DNA from: the human T2T-CHM13v2.0 reference genome, Homo sapiens
Reading direction: 5' to 3' (one strand)
Assembly (NCBI RefSeq): GCF_009914755.1
Contig: NC_060945.1
DNA: 64,000 bases
Shown: positions 12,787-27,459 of the stretch, in pieces
How positions within the stretch are numbered: the first letter of the stretch is position 1
Layout of the letters: each line of letters opens with the position of its first letter
Notes under the pieces: model-generated
The model's database searches: none
What the model saw: only the letters and a program-made list of their open reading frames with translations
What the model was told of the DNA's origin: nothing
Translations under genes and position numbers: made by a program

Positions 12787-13093
12787 GTTTTTTGTTTGTT
12801 TGTTTGTGTTTTTGAGGCAGAGTCTTGCTCTGTCACCAAGGCTGGAGTGCAGTGGCTCAGTCTTGGCTCATTACCACCTCTGCCTCTCAGGTTCAAGCAA
12901 TTCTCCTGCCTCAGCCCCTAGAGTAGCTGATACTACATGCACGTGCTACCATACCCTGCTAATTTTTCTATTTCTAGTAGAGATGGGGTTTCACCAGGTT
13001 GGCCAGGCTGCTCTTGAACTCCTGACCTCAGGTGATCTGCCCACCTCGGCTTGCCAATGTGCTGGGATTACAGGTGGGAGCCACTGTGCCAGC
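12787..13093 (-). mobile_element. Alu (AluS-like)
   Basis: (GTTT)n tail, agtcttgctctgtcacc, ctcctgacctcaggtgatctgcccacctcggc. Confidence 0.9.
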
Positions 13094-14862
13094 TACAAAT
13101 AAGATTTTTAAGGCTATTATATTTTATACAATTCTTTGGTCTATGTGAATTCTGAAGGTATTCATGCATTGAGGGAAGATTATCTCAGTTTAATGAAAGC
13201 AGTTTTTAATTTAAAGTATATTCATTAAAATTTTTTTTGAAGTTTTTTTCTCTAGTACACAGAAACACACAATAGTATCATGGGTATTTGACCTTAATGT
13301 GTTTATGCACAAACTTAGTTATTCAAATATTTTCCTATCCCTGAAGAATCTTAATTACTAATAAACAAATTTCTCATGGAAAACAACATATATAACAGAG
13401 ATGGTTGAGTGATTGAAAGTAAACTGTAGTAAATACCAGAAGCTTAGAACAAGTTAAGTAAACTTGTCTGAGTTAATAGCAATTACAAGACTTTTAAAAT
13501 ACATTGGACCACGGGGGAGTAGTGCATTTGTGGGGTAGAGGACAACATGGTACTGCTTCAGTGAAGAAAGAACTATTACACCTTATTACAATTTGTATTA
13601 TTATTTACATTCTAATAAATAAAAACTTTATTTTCAGATATTTTACATCATGTTTCTACTAGTTGAACCATCAATAGTAAGACTTTTCAAAGATTTGGGA
13701 AGTTGTGAGTTGATGATAAATATCTGTATCACCATCAGTGATCAAAAATCAGACAGCAACTACCATAGACTTTGGACATGCGAACTTCATAGTTAAAGAA
13801 AGGATTAATCTTGGAGCTGTGTTTCTATCAAGGAATTACACTCTTCATTACCTGTGTGAATCGCAGTTATTAGAGTAGAAAGAGAGCAAAGAAGGGAAAG
13901 AAGCATAGAAAATTTTATTCTAGATTACCTCGTTTGGCTTCATGCTACCATAGTTCTGACTTTTAAAGAGTCATTTTGTGGTCAAATATACTTTGTGTTC
14001 ACTCCCCTTATGCAGCCTACAACCAAACAGAATGGTTCTTAGCAAGGCATTTGTATTCTTCCCTTAAGGAAAGCAACATATAAATAAGAAAGGGAATGAG
14101 AAGAAAGAGTGATTTCATTGAGGTTGGTATTTAACATAAATTTGAGTGCAGGTACCATGATTATATTTAGAATTTTGTGGCTGGATGGGAAAACCAGCTA
14201 GATGTCTATAGATTTCCTACTCAAACACAATGTGCCTTTGTTTTACTTTTACGTCTCTAATTTAGCAATTATTAGGTACAACTGTATGCAGTGTCACTAA
14301 AAATACCTCCCAAAACCAAATATTAAATAATGTCTATGGCTTTCTGTTTTATAGTGTTGATTTTCCCAATATTAATGGGAACCACTGAGCATTTGCCTTG
14401 TGGTGTCTCCTCAGCTGTATTCACATATTCCATCACCTTTTCTTAATGGATAATCACGCACTATGAGTAAGGGTTTTCAGAAAAGCTGTGTCATTTAAAG
14501 ATAACACAGGAGCATCAAATTTAATTCTGCTAGGACGCCTGGTCTACTGATTAACTGCAGCTAATATGAGGTCTACTTCACATCCAAGTTAAATTCAGTG
14601 CCCTTAATCAGTCATATGATGAGGTCAACAGTAATAAATTATGCAATATTTTTTCACCCACCCCTATAGTTTTAATTTCTTTTTCCCCTTATGTCTGTGT
14701 TTAACATTTTGCTTTGCAAAACATGATGATAATCTTCTAGAGTAGTGAGGACAAGCTATAAATCCAAAGTTTCTTACCTATGCAAATGACTTGTTTGCTC
14801 TATTTTCTCATGAGCTTGGTAGATCCAGGGAACAGAACTTTTAAAACAAAATCCCCATATGT

Positions 14863-15364
<502 letters not shown>

Positions 15365-15631
15365 TTATTCAATAGAAATTCATTCTTATAATGGCCACTG
15401 ATACCTATATCCTAAATATTTCTGAAAACATCTCCTCAGGCCTGCATCATCTTTGCAACATTGCCTTATATTTTATCTTTGTTCATTGATTTATATGCCT
15501 CAGAATTTTATGCTCCTCACAGTATTTAGAGTGAATTATCCCTAATGCAAATAGATCCGTGAATCACTCCTGAATACCTAATGTCTAAGCATCTTAAAGG
15601 TTTATATAAGGATTTCAGAAACTGACTTCTG

Positions 15632-15928
15632 GGTTGGGCACGGTGGCTCATGTCTGTGATCCCAGCACTTTGGGAGGCTGAGGCAAGTGGATCATTTGAG
15701 ATCAGGAGTTCAAGACCAGCCTGGCCAACAAGGTGAAACCCCATCTCTAATAAAATACAAAAATTAGCAGGTGGTAGTGGCACGCGCCTGTAATCTCAGC
15801 TACTCAGGAGGCTGAGGTAGAAGAATTACTTGAACCTGGGAGGCCGGGTTGCAGTGAGCTGAGATCATGCCACTGCCCTCCAGTCTGGGAGACAGAGTAT
15901 AACCTTGTCCCAAAAAAGAAAAGAAAAG
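15632..15928 (+). mobile_element. Alu (AluS-like) with TSD
   Basis: Full dimer; TSD gaaactga(c/t)ttctg at 15618-15631 and 15929-15942. Confidence 0.9.
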
Positions 15929-16473
15929 GAAACTGATTTCTGCCCAAATCTCCATCTGTATCCCTTTCCCCATCTGCCTTTTTCTCTGGAATTACTGAGC
16001 TGCTGGTAATGGCCCCCTCACCATTCCTCTTCTGCAGAGAAATACATACGCTCTTGGAGGCTTCTCTTCCTCTCTTGTTGCTGCCTGGCATGTGCTCACC
16101 CTTTCCTGCCCTCTGCCTCGCTTAATCTGGCTAACCTCACTCTCTAAGTCTCAGCTCATGGATGATCTTTAGGAAAGCCATCCCTGACAGCTTCTATTTT
16201 CCTTTCTTATTCCCCAGTGCCTAACACTTAGCAGGAACTCAATAAGTAATTATTTAGCAAAATTAAGACTGCTTATACAAAGATGATTCAAAAGATTATC
16301 CTCTACAGTCTAGCAGCAAAGGGGTCAACATGTAAAGACATGATGTGCAGGTCAGGTGGTAAAGTGACACTAGAAAAATTGACAAGGTACTAAGGGACCC
16401 CAACGAAGCAGACACCTGTGTGTGTGGAGAAAGATACCTAGAATCAAGGAAGATTTCACATAGCATTCTGAGC

Positions 16474-16768
16474 CTTTTTTTTTCCTCTTTTTGGAGACAA
16501 GTTCTTACTCTGTCACCCAGGATTGGAGTGCAATGGCATGATTGAGACTCACTGAAACCTCAGACTCCTGGGCTCGAGGGATCTTCTCATCTAAGCTTCT
16601 TGAGTAGCGGGGACAACAGGAACATATCACCATACGTGTCTAATTTTTTGTAGAGTCAAGGTTACCTATGGTTCCCAGGCTGGTCTTAAACTCTTGGCCT
16701 TGAGCAATTCTCCCATTTTGGCCTTCCAAAGTGCTGGGATTACAGATGTGAGCTATTATGCCCAGCCT
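16474..16768 (-). mobile_element. Alu (AluJ-like)
   Basis: T-rich tail, ctctgtcacccagg, ccttccaaagtgctgggattacag. Confidence 0.85.
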
Positions 16769-17284
16769 ACTTTCTGAGTCTTAAAAGATGAAAATAAATT
16801 TTTCAGAATAGCAGGGGAAAACATTTGTGATGTAAAAAATGGGGTGCACACTAATTGAGGTATAAACAACAATAATTTTGCAAATTATTAGTAACTGCCA
16901 ACTCAATTAGTGTCTTGTTAAAAAGATACTGTTATGAAGTATAATAAAGCATTACGTTGTATATTTTGACTGTATTTCAAATTTCTGTTTTGTTTCCAAC
17001 AGTTTTGTTGACTTATGTTGGGTGGAACAATTTGTGAGTGACCCTGAGATTTTACATGGCTTGAATCTGGTGATATCTGGTGTCTCCCCAAGTGGTTTGT
17101 TGAAGTTTTGGATAATTAGAAGTATTTCTTACAGAAGTAAATATTTCAGTAAACATTGTTTCATTCAAACTCTCAAAATATAAAATACAAAGAAATGTTA
17201 TTCTTTATTTATTTTTATAAAGATTATAGTCCTTATCTAACTCTTCTTAGTTCATTTGAACTAAATCAATGACTTTGTCAACAG

Positions 17285-17355
17285 AACAAACCTTACCAGT
17301 GGCTTTAGAGGAAGAGCAAGAAAGGTGTGAAAGAAGTGAAAAGAAGCAATCACAG
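17285..17355 (+). pseudogene. ANKRD20A-like exon (E)QTLPVALEEEQERCERSEKKQSQ
   Basis: tcaacag|aacaaacc...tcacag|gtatat. Confidence 0.88.
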
Positions 17356-18619
17356 GTATATGAAAATTTAAGTTCTTGTTTAATATTAGGGTTTTTTTTT
17401 GCTTTACTAACAAAGCATAGTCCAAATGACATGACCTTTCAGACTATACCTTTAGAATCCAATAGATCATAATTTTATATTTAATTTTTAAAACATCTTA
17501 ACCAGTTATGAAACTTAAGATATTCTTACTATCTCTAGTAACTATTAGTTATTCTAGTAATTCTTAGTATCTCTAGTAATTCATAGCTGTATTTACCCTT
17601 AGAATTGAGGCAAGAAATCTTCAGAATTATCTTGCTGTTTTATTTATATAACCTTACTCATAATACACAAGGTAACATGAAGTATTGGGTCATATTACTG
17701 AGGAATAGAAATTATGAACAGTTTAACAACAATGGCCACTGAGTTAAACTAGTGTTAAAGGAGTCATCATTGCCAGTGCTTCAAATGTTGCAGTTTTATA
17801 TTGCTGGTCACCAGTGCCGAGGTTAAAGATTTATTCTGTTTTGTGGTCACCAGTTGACTTCTGTGTCTGTGTTCAGGGAGTGAAAGGGGTCATAAAAGTC
17901 AATGCAGTTGCCTATTAAGAGAATCCTACCTTGCAGAATGGGACCTTTGGTGTCAGGGTGTGAACAATAACTTTATTTCAACATAAATACATAGTAAACA
18001 TTACTGAAATTTAAAAAATCCAAACCCTATCACTACTGGAACTTAAAATATATTAGAAGTGGATATAAGCAGAAATTCTATCTAGATACATAACACTATC
18101 ATAGTATATCATTTGAATTAGAATTTAAAATTTTACTTCTCTTTCTTATTGGTGTTCAGTTTAGCTCTTAATAATTTAGTGTTTGCCTAGTGCTCTAGTT
18201 AATCTTCAGAAATAAACATGCACTGTAGGGGCTCACTCTTTCTGGTATGCTGAGGTAAAGTCTTTGTAAGAGAGGAAGCTTTTATAATACTACCTATCAT
18301 CTTTGAATTCATTTCTGGTAGATTTTACACAAATGCATTAAGTTTAGTCCAAACAGACAGTGAGAGTTCAGCTTGCTGGTTCATGTTTCTGTCCTATGTT
18401 AAGCCAAAGTAAATTATTTTTCACTTTTTAGTTACAATCCCATAATTTAAGAGTAGCAACACATAGATTAAGTTTCACAGTTAAATTTTAATTATTTTCT
18501 AATATTTCTTTGTTTATACATGATTAAAGCTAATTTTAAAACATGCACTCTGACAGAAAAGACATCTGAGAAACAAAACAAGCAAATTTGTTTTCCATTT
18601 TGCACCTGCCCCCCACCAA

Positions 18620-19653
18620 AAAAAGTCTCAAGAACCAGAACTGGGTAAGAACAGTGATAAAGGGAATCAATCTATATATTCATGACTTTCTTTAAAATTT
18701 ATTACAAACAAGTTCAAGCTGAATATTGGTAAAAGTTCTGAAAACTCCAAAATTACTACTTGCCCTGAGGAAGAGCTCCTACATGGTAACTCTAAAGAGG
18801 GATGAACAAAAAAGGAGTGCCCTCTAGTCTGATGAATCATGTCCCTGATTGTGAGGAGAAAAATGTATCTGGAGGGTCTAGCTCTGTGGCAGTCCAGGCA
18901 GCGCCTGAACAGAGGAAGCCCATGTCAAATGTCTTTTTATTCCATTCACACTCCAGGTCCCTGAAATACACTTACCAGTCATCTTCTAAGCTTCATTTAA
19001 TTTAAAATAAATCAGACTATAAAAATGATAACAAACCAGACACACAGCTTGTTTCTAACACAGATGATGGAAATTTTTGTTATGATATAGAAACTGAAAA
19101 AGTAAGGAACCCAGTAATTATGATTGAAATGAAAGATGATTAAGAGTTTGACATGCAAATGGAAAAATATATAAACCCAAATACCACTAATTGGAAATTA
19201 GGCATTGGTCTCAGTCTAGAGATCCAGATAGCCTTTTTGATTTGTGGTTTACCCACCCCAAAGAAATGAAGCATATGATTCAGATAGAAAGTCACAGTAT
19301 TTCTGCTGCTACAGATACTTATAAAAACAGAAAACCAACACAGTGCTTATTCCAGAAGCCGCTGTATGACAATCCCAGTGTTAATAACTACAAAACCATG
19401 AATCTTGAACTATAAAATGCGGGTTATTCTTTGCCACATAGTGAGAGAACATCAAAAATATAGCTAGAAGACTTACAGCAAGATATTTCAAGGTCACCAA
19501 GATATCACATATATACATATGTAACAAACCTGCACATTGTGCACATGTACCAGAACTTAAAGTATAATAATAGTAAAAAGAATGAGGTAGGCATGTTACA
19601 AGTAGAGCTCCTGGCTTTGGAGAAACAGAAAGTCCAACTTCAAAAAGACAGAG
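18620..19653 (+). pseudogene. Fossil large exon homologous to the CCDC144-type insert exon
   Basis: Across frames it reads KSQEPELGK, KITTCPEEELLHGNS, NHVPDCEEK, QSSSKLHL, DNKPD, KVRNPVIMIEMKDD*EFDMQM, NNYKT, DLQQD...KNEVGMLQVELLALEK, colinear with CCDC144A as I recall it. Confidence 0.72.
19505..19580 (+). mobile_element. Tiny L1PA 3'-terminal insertion inside the fossil exon
   Basis: tatacatatgtaacaaacctgcacattgtgcacatgtacc-agaacttaaagtataataat is the extreme L1PA 3' end. Confidence 0.85.
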
Positions 19654-21393
19654 GTTCACTTGCTGCTTCTTTTTTCTCTTTATCAATTATTTGATTTAGT
19701 CAAATTTTCTATTCAAGAAAATCTCATGTGTACAGTTACAGCGGGGTTTTCTAAATGTGTAATTATGTGTCAAAGTAGATTAGTCCTGCTATCTAAACAA
19801 TGGTTCTGGAGAATGTTCTCATAATGTTTCTTCATTAATCAACCTAAGTCTCACTCTCAGTCTTCCAAGTGGCATATGAGCTGGGAAACTAATTCAGCCA
19901 TATACCACGTGACCTTCTGAATGAGATCAACATAAAGAAATTGCTAAAGAAATAAGCTTTAGATTCTAGATTCTTTTTTCTGTATTCATTTAGAGATGAA
20001 TTACATTTATTTAATGATAGAATGGGAATACAATGGGAGGGAAGCAATGACTGAGACGAGCCACAAAAACACGTCTAGCCTTGAGAGTTGCAATGAATAT
20101 TCCCAGCCAAATGAGTCTGTTTAATGTATTTTCATGCATGCAAGTTCATCTGCTTAGCTCAAACTGTTTGAACTTATAGTTCCATCATGGTTATTTCCAA
20201 TATTTTGAAAACAAATATATACTTCCACATATTTTAAAAAATCACCACTCCAATATTTCTGTTGAATCAGTCCTTACATTATGTTGTTTAATAAAGTATC
20301 ATAAGTTTTGGCATGTGTGATTTTTATCATGTAAGAAGCATAATTTCTTAGATAAAAATTTATCCTTTGATTCTTTAGTAGAAAGTTGAGTTCTGTACAT
20401 TGTGTCCTAAAGATAGACAAAATCTAGAGATTTTCTTCTTCAAAGTAAAAGCAGATGAGGCCTTTTTCCACCCTCTGAGGCGTTAAATTGCTTTGCTCAA
20501 CTTAGACTTTTAATATATCTGACTAATTTGATAAATTTATTTGGTAATTTATGTAATTCAGCAATATGGAATTGTATCATGTTATTTGGTGCCATGAAAT
20601 GCTAGAGAATGCCACCTCAAGAGCTCTCGATGAAACATTTCATATGTCTTTGTTAGTTTGACTCCCATTTTCAGTAGATAATGGGGCTAAAGTAGATAAC
20701 TGTACCGTATGTTTTCCACCTATAAACTTTTCTGATAATTGAATGTGAAATCTGGGAAGCATGTCGTTTTCCAGAATTCTGCACTGGAAACTCAGCAGTT
20801 TCACTCTGCTTCTTGTGTTGTGGCAAACTTTGGTTCCCATAGTTCAGGGAGAACTTTCACTTTTTTGATATCCCAGAATTAAAAAAAAAAAGAGATAAAA
20901 GGCAGTGGGGAAAAGAATAGCTCAGTGTAGAAAAGGGAAAACTTCTTTACTGTTCCTGAAGCCCTACAAGGTCACATCCTCTTAATCTGGCTATTTCATG
21001 TAAAATCCAGGTGGCAATGACAGAAGATATATGTTATGCCTGTGTCTTTTTATTTCTCTGTTTCTGCCAGTCAGATAACATAAATATTTATATCAGATAG
21101 CAAAGAGTGGATGGGAATAAAAGCACAAAATGGAGAAGAGTCCTTTTTGAAATTTTGGAAAATTCTTCTATTCACTCAAACAGAAATGAGCAGACTTGAC
21201 AAAAATTTCAATGATAAAATGATGAGTATCTTATAATTATAATAATTATGTATAATGATAAAATTAAAGTAAGCACAAAATATTTTTATCATTAAAACGG
21301 TGATAGTTAACCTGAATCAAGTGAAAAAATCAGGGAAAAACTTCTTTTTATTGAATAAAATAATAATTATTATTCATATTACTTTTGTTAAAG

Positions 21394-21557
21394 GTCAAAG
21401 AAGGAAATAATACAAACAAAAGTGAAAAAATACAACTATCAGAAAATGTATGTCATAGTACATCTGCTGCTGCTGCTGACAGATTAACCCAACAAAGAAA
21501 TATTGGGAAAATCTATCCTCAGCCTTTTACCAAGAAGCTGAAGGAAGAGCATCATAG
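21394..21557 (+). pseudogene. ANKRD20A-like exon VKEGNNTNKSEKIQLSEN...KLKEEHH
   Basis: ttaaag|gtcaaagaagg...catcatag|gtaagt. Confidence 0.88.
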
Positions 21558-21577
21558 GTAAGTAAGCCTATAGCAGT

Positions 21578-21938
<361 letters not shown>

Positions 21939-22939
21939 TAAACTAATTCAAAATTGGACTAATATTCCTTATGATTAACAAGTTTTATATTTTTACCAGA
22001 GATATTTAGCCCTGCCTGGTAATCAGAAAAGTGCAAATTAACATAAAATAAGATATATTTTGTAAAGTCATGCTGGTATTGAAAAAGTAATTACTACCAT
22101 TGGCAAATGTGAGGAAAAAGGCATTCTCATACACTGTTGGTATATGAAATTGGTAAATTATTTCTGAAGGGTAACTTAGTGCTGTGTATCAAAATTTCAA
22201 ATAACCTGACATCCCTTTAACTCAACAACTCCACTTCTGGGACTAGATTTCACAGGAAAACATAACTTGTGTAAACATACACTTATTAAGGGCATTAATT
22301 ATATATTACACATAATGAACAATAGCTTAATAAATACATAAAATATATGTAATAAGAAGGTGAATTGGATGTATTAAGAAAGAATTATAAAAAGTGTGGG
22401 GTAACAGATGTTAGACCCTTTAGCCTAGTTTTAGTTGACAATCATCTGCAGATATAGTTTGTGTGAGAGACATCTTACTCTGTAAATCATTTGGAGAGAC
22501 ACCTGCAATATTTCATAAAGATGAAAATTTATTTCTAGTGAACTTATACGCTTGTCAATAAATAGTAACTTTAAAAATTTAGTTGATTGTAAATGACCTT
22601 TTCTAATCGGGGAGTAATTATGACTGTGTGATTTGAAAAGGTAATTTTGAAATTCTAACTATACTGAATTATCTCCAGTATCCTTTTTTATAATATATGC
22701 TAGAGTGACTAGTAACAAAAACTTCAGCAGAATATTCTTTCCTTACTACTTTTCAAGTATATGCATTCTTTTGAAGATGTTGAAGTGAGAGATTAAATAT
22801 CTGAGAACTAAAAAGGAAAAATAATTCAGAACACAGAAATTTTATTAGGATGATAAAGAGCATCTGCAGAGGTAGATCACAGGATGAACTCTTTATTTTT
22901 TAACAAAATGAGTTTTAAGATAAATGTCTTTATCTGCAG

Positions 22940-23119
22940 ATGCATCTTAAGATAAGAAAATAAAGAAAAAACAAATGTTAATATGCTGTACAAAAAAATA
23001 GAGAAGAATTAGAAAGGAAAGAGAAACAACATAAGAAAGAAGTTGAAGCAAAGCAACTTGAACCAACTGTTCAATCACTAGAGATGAAAACAAAGACTGC
23101 AAGAAATACTCCAAATCAG
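22940..23119 (+). pseudogene. ANKRD20A-like exon (CILR*ENKEKTNVNMLYKK...KTARNTPNQ), disabled
   Basis: ctgcag|atgcatc; in-frame TAA near 22953; an A-run one base short at ~22992; donor reads cag|ataaat (GT>AT). Confidence 0.85.
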
Positions 23120-24052
23120 ATAAATCAATCTTTGGTAAAAATTCTATATTTTAAACTATTTTATGAAAGTTTCTTCTAATATTCTCTTGATTTAATATAT
23201 AATATTTAGGTCTAAAACAAACCAGAAATGTTATCTCATTTTTAAAAAATGAATGATGCCACTTACAGGTACAATTATTAATATTTATTATAAATCTTGG
23301 CATCCACATAAGATATTATTTTATAACAAAGAGCTTTTGAAAACAATAATATGCCATAGTATATACTTAGTGATAACCTATTGATAAAGATTCTGTTCCC
23401 AGTAAAATTGTTCCTTGTACTTTCCCCTATTTCATATTGATTACTGTACCTAATATTATAAAGAGGAAACAAATTATTGCAATCACAAATAATCTCATGA
23501 TATTCTAAGAAGAGCTCTATAAATTTTATCTTATTTACCATTGGTGTTTTGAAATAAAAGTTTTCTTCCATATGGATATATTTACACCACAGAAGTAACT
23601 GTGATATGTCAGAGAACTAGAAGTAGAGTCAGAAGTCCTGGGGAAAATCCTGTAGCTTGCTTATATTTTTAACATTTCTTTTTCAAAATTGTGATAACTA
23701 GATGAGTTCATCAATGAATGTATATAGGAGTGACTAGTATAATGTCTAGATTTATGATTTAGTAAATGTAATTCTTACGACTGAATATAAAAGTGTTAAA
23801 AGAGTCAAATTGAAATAGAATGTTATCAGCGAAACAGAACTGTAATAACTCTGGGAAATTTTATCTGTCCAAATACGTGTGAACCAAGGTTCTTACTATA
23901 GGGTGGTGTATGGGTTAGATATCAAAGTGGAAATGCAATTTTTTGATATATTTTAATTTAGTCAAATTTGTTAATGCTTTAATTTATGATTTTCAGTTTG
24001 TTGTAATTCAAGGAAAGGCTTTTCCAATTCTGAAATTCTCAAAAATTCTCTG

Positions 24053-24055
<3 letters not shown>

Positions 24056-24101
<46 letters not shown>
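24056..24101. repeat. (GT)n microsatellite, ~23 units
   Basis: Read directly from the sequence. Confidence 0.98.
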
Positions 24102-24104
<3 letters not shown>

Positions 24105-24317
24105 ACTTTTATAAATTCATTGACTTTAAATAAATTTCTGAACTTTTTGGAATTTATGCTCTATAAGGTTCAAAGTGTTGCTTCAACTTTGTCTCCAGTT
24201 GGATATCCACTTACAGTAACCTTTTTAGTGTATGGATGTGCAGGTTATTCTTTAACTTCAGAGGTAATCACGATATTTTATTGAGTACTAGCTAAAACTT
24301 TCTTTAGTTTTATTTAG

Positions 24318-25283
24318 GATTTTCATAATCATGAAGAAATGAAAGATCTGATGGATTAAAATTGCATTTTGAATACAGATATTGCTATATTCAGACAGGA
24401 AATGTGCACAATGAAAAATGACAACCTGGAAAAAGAAAATAAATAACTTAAGGAAGTTAAAATTGTTAAAGAAACAAATGCTGTCCTTGAAAAGTATATA
24501 AAACTCAATGAGGAATTGATAACAATAACAGCATTCCGGTATCAACAAGAGCTTAATGATCTCAAAGCTGAGAATACAAGGCTCAGTTCCGGACTGTTGA
24601 AGGAAGAAGAAAGCAACAAAAGACTGGAAGCTGAAACTGAATCTTATCAGTCTAGACTGGCTGCTTCTATAAGTAAACACAGTGAAAGTGTGAAAACAGA
24701 AAGAAACCTAAAACTTGCTTTAGAGAGAACTCAAGATGTTTCCGTACAAGTAAAAATGAGTTCTGATATTTCCGAAGTAGAAGAATGAGTTTCTTACTGA
24801 ACAACTTTCTAAACCACAAATTAAATTCAATACCTTAAAAGATAAGTTCCGTAAGACAAGAGATACTCTCAGAAAAAAGTCATTGGCTTTAGAAACTGTA
24901 CATAACAACCTAAGCCAAACACAGCAGCAAATAAAGGAAATGAAAGAGATGTATGAAAATGCAGAAGCTAAAGAGAATAATTCCACTGGAAAGTGGAGCT
25001 GTGTAGAAGAGAGAATATGTCAACTCCAACATGAAAATCCGTGCATTGAACAGCAACTAGATGATGTTCATCAGAAAGAGTATCATAAAGAGATAATAAC
25101 TAATATCCAAAGAAGCTTTATTGAGAGTGGAAAGACCTCATGCTAGAAGAGAAAAATAAGAAGGTAATGAATGAATGTGATCATTTAAAAGAAAGTCTCT
25201 TTCAATATGAGAGAGAGAAAGCAGAAAGAGTAGTAAGTATCAAGGAAGATAAATATTTTCAAACTTCTAGAAAGAAAATTTAA
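24318..25283 (+). pseudogene. ANKRD20A-like large coiled-coil exon, disabled
   Basis: tttag|gattttcataatcatgaagaaatg; stop at 24357; frameshifts near 24780 and 25130; ORF-track pieces TAFRYQQELNDLKAENTRL and ALETVHNNLSQTQQQ; ends ...VVSIKEDKYFQTSRKKI* (TAA 25281-25283); internal donor gta|gtaagt after 25232. Confidence 0.92.
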
Positions 25284-25339
25284 ACATTTGGTTCTGGATA
25301 CATGTTGAACTTAGTTGAATATAAAAATCAATAGATAAA

Positions 25340-25628
25340 AAGTGTGTTTACCATACTGTATAATTCCATGTACGTGAAGCATCCAGAAAAGATAAACGTA
25401 TAGGGACAAAAAGTAGATTAATATTTGCAAAGGGCTGGGACTAGAAGCTGGTAGTGACTGCTAATGGGCATGAGGGATCTTGCAGTGATGGAAATGCTGT
25501 AAAGTTGGATTGTAGAGATGGCTGCACAACTCAGTAAATGGACTAAAAATCTTTTAACTTTAAGTTAAAACAGATACATTCTATAGTATGTAAATTATAT
25601 TTCAACAAAGCTGTTTTAATAAAAAAAG
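25340..25628 (+). mobile_element. Old L1M 3'-end fragment ending in AATAAA and an A-run
   Basis: catactgtataattcc..tccagaaaag..gactgctaatgggcatgagg..gatggaaatg..gatggctgcacaactc..taaattatatttcaacaaagctg. Confidence 0.65.
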
Positions 25629-26667
25629 GAAAAATGTGTTTACTATATCAGCTTAGAAACATGCCTCATTTCTAGGAAATAAAAGGTAGAGATGAGAGAT
25701 GATTTACTTTGAGAAAAGACATTGTGTCACCTATGAAATTTTATTAGGCACAGAGTCATATTTTAAGATAGATAGTTCTGTACTGCTGAAATAATTTTAA
25801 TGACTTTATGTTGCCACATGTTAAGACCATAATGTAGGTATAAATGGAAATGTTTACACCTGAAATGAGTATTTTCAAATTAAAATTTAATTAAGTGATT
25901 TCCTTCGACACTTAATTCTAGACTTCCCAGATGAACTGAAGTGTATTGCTGTGTCTTGTAATACCTTGCTTTAAGTAGCTTTTTATGTGTTTTTTTTTTG
26001 GTATATCTTTGTTATTATTCATATTAATTTTAAAAATCTGAAAATACTTCAAATTACATATTTTTATGACTATGTAATGTTGTAAAGGCACCTACATGTC
26101 ATAAAATCATAATTTAGAATGAATGTAATAATTAGCAAAACTATGTTTGATTTAGTTTTGCCACTGGTATTTATAGTTTACTTTGACTATTTATATTAAT
26201 AATTAGCTCATAATTTTTATTTCAAGGCTCAATGACTATCGTTGGAATATAATTTTGTTCAGTACAGAGATACTTGTAGCTGCCTGTGATTTATGAGTAA
26301 GGCATTAGATCCCCATTTTCAGACTGAGGGGTGGCAGGCTTCACGTACAGTGGGAATGGAGTAATTACAGGAAGGAGTTGTAGGAGCTTTGAAGTCAGAG
26401 AGGGAGGTAGAGGACTGTTTACCTAGGGCCTCAAAGGCCATTGGAATTTCACTTTTATCCTGAGATAGGAATCTGTTGGAAGGATTTGAAAAGGTGATTG
26501 AATATGTTAGTCACTTTGAGGTTGAGTTGAGCTTCTAAGATGATTGAATGGTGGGATGAACCTGTTGTGTAAGTAAGAGAATACCAATTTGGCAGGGAGT
26601 TAAATATTATTAACATAATTTAATAATAAGGCAATTTATAAAATCAGTAACAAAAATATTTTCTCAG

Positions 26668-26817
26668 GTGGTTGTGAGACAACTTCAACAAGAAGCGGCT
26701 GACAGCCTAAAAAAATTAACTACGTTAGAGTCTCCACTGGAAGGTATGTCACATTATCACATTAATTTGGATGAGACACAGGCCCCAAAGAAGAAATTAT
26801 TTCAAGTGAAAAGTCAA
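26668..26817 (+). pseudogene. ANKRD18/26-type exon VVVRQLQQEAADSLKKLTTLESPLEG...KKKLFQVKSQ
   Basis: ttctcag|gtggttgtg...agtcaa|gtatgt; 150 bp, open frame. Confidence 0.85.
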
Positions 26818-27459
26818 GTATGTATGGAATTTAACATGTCAACTCTTATTCTGTAGCTAGTTGAGTTTATATAACGTGTTTTAGGATACTAATTTTGGCA
26901 GAAGCTTGATTTTTTAGTTTCATTACAATGAATTATTTCCATTTTACTATCTTTATAATGTACTTATTTTTTTATATTGTGACTTTCATTCTACCATTTT
27001 GAAAAACCATTGCATACCTTTTCTGTTACAATATGTACCCTTGGAAAAGTGGAGAATTATATATCATTCCTCATAGAAAACTGACTTTTTTCCTGTAAAA
27101 ACAGTATTTTTAAGTAATTTTTGTATTGTTCTGATGAGGCAGGCCATATTAAATCAGAGGAGAATATTTCATGGAAAGTTCCAGAAAGTTGTCTTATTTC
27201 TTCACTTTCGTGAATGGACACAGAATCTGTGTCTATTTATTTCACAGATTGCAGGTTAACTTGTACAGAAAGGCCATTATACTATTCTTTGAAATGTGCA
27301 TGTTTTAGGTTAATTTACAAACTATTTGAAAATTTAGGCATTTTCTTTATCTTTAATTTAAAATATACTATAAAACTCTAAAAATATTTAGATTTGATAT
27401 AGCATGTAAGTCAAAAATTGAGAGTTGAGAAAATTATCTTGATCCTGCCTTTGGATTTT

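Noticed and set aside
24318-25283. Functional coiled-coil CDS (ORFs 24516-24788 and 24883-25146)
   Set aside because: Fragments of one exon broken by a stop and two frameshifts; an upstream exon is also disabled.
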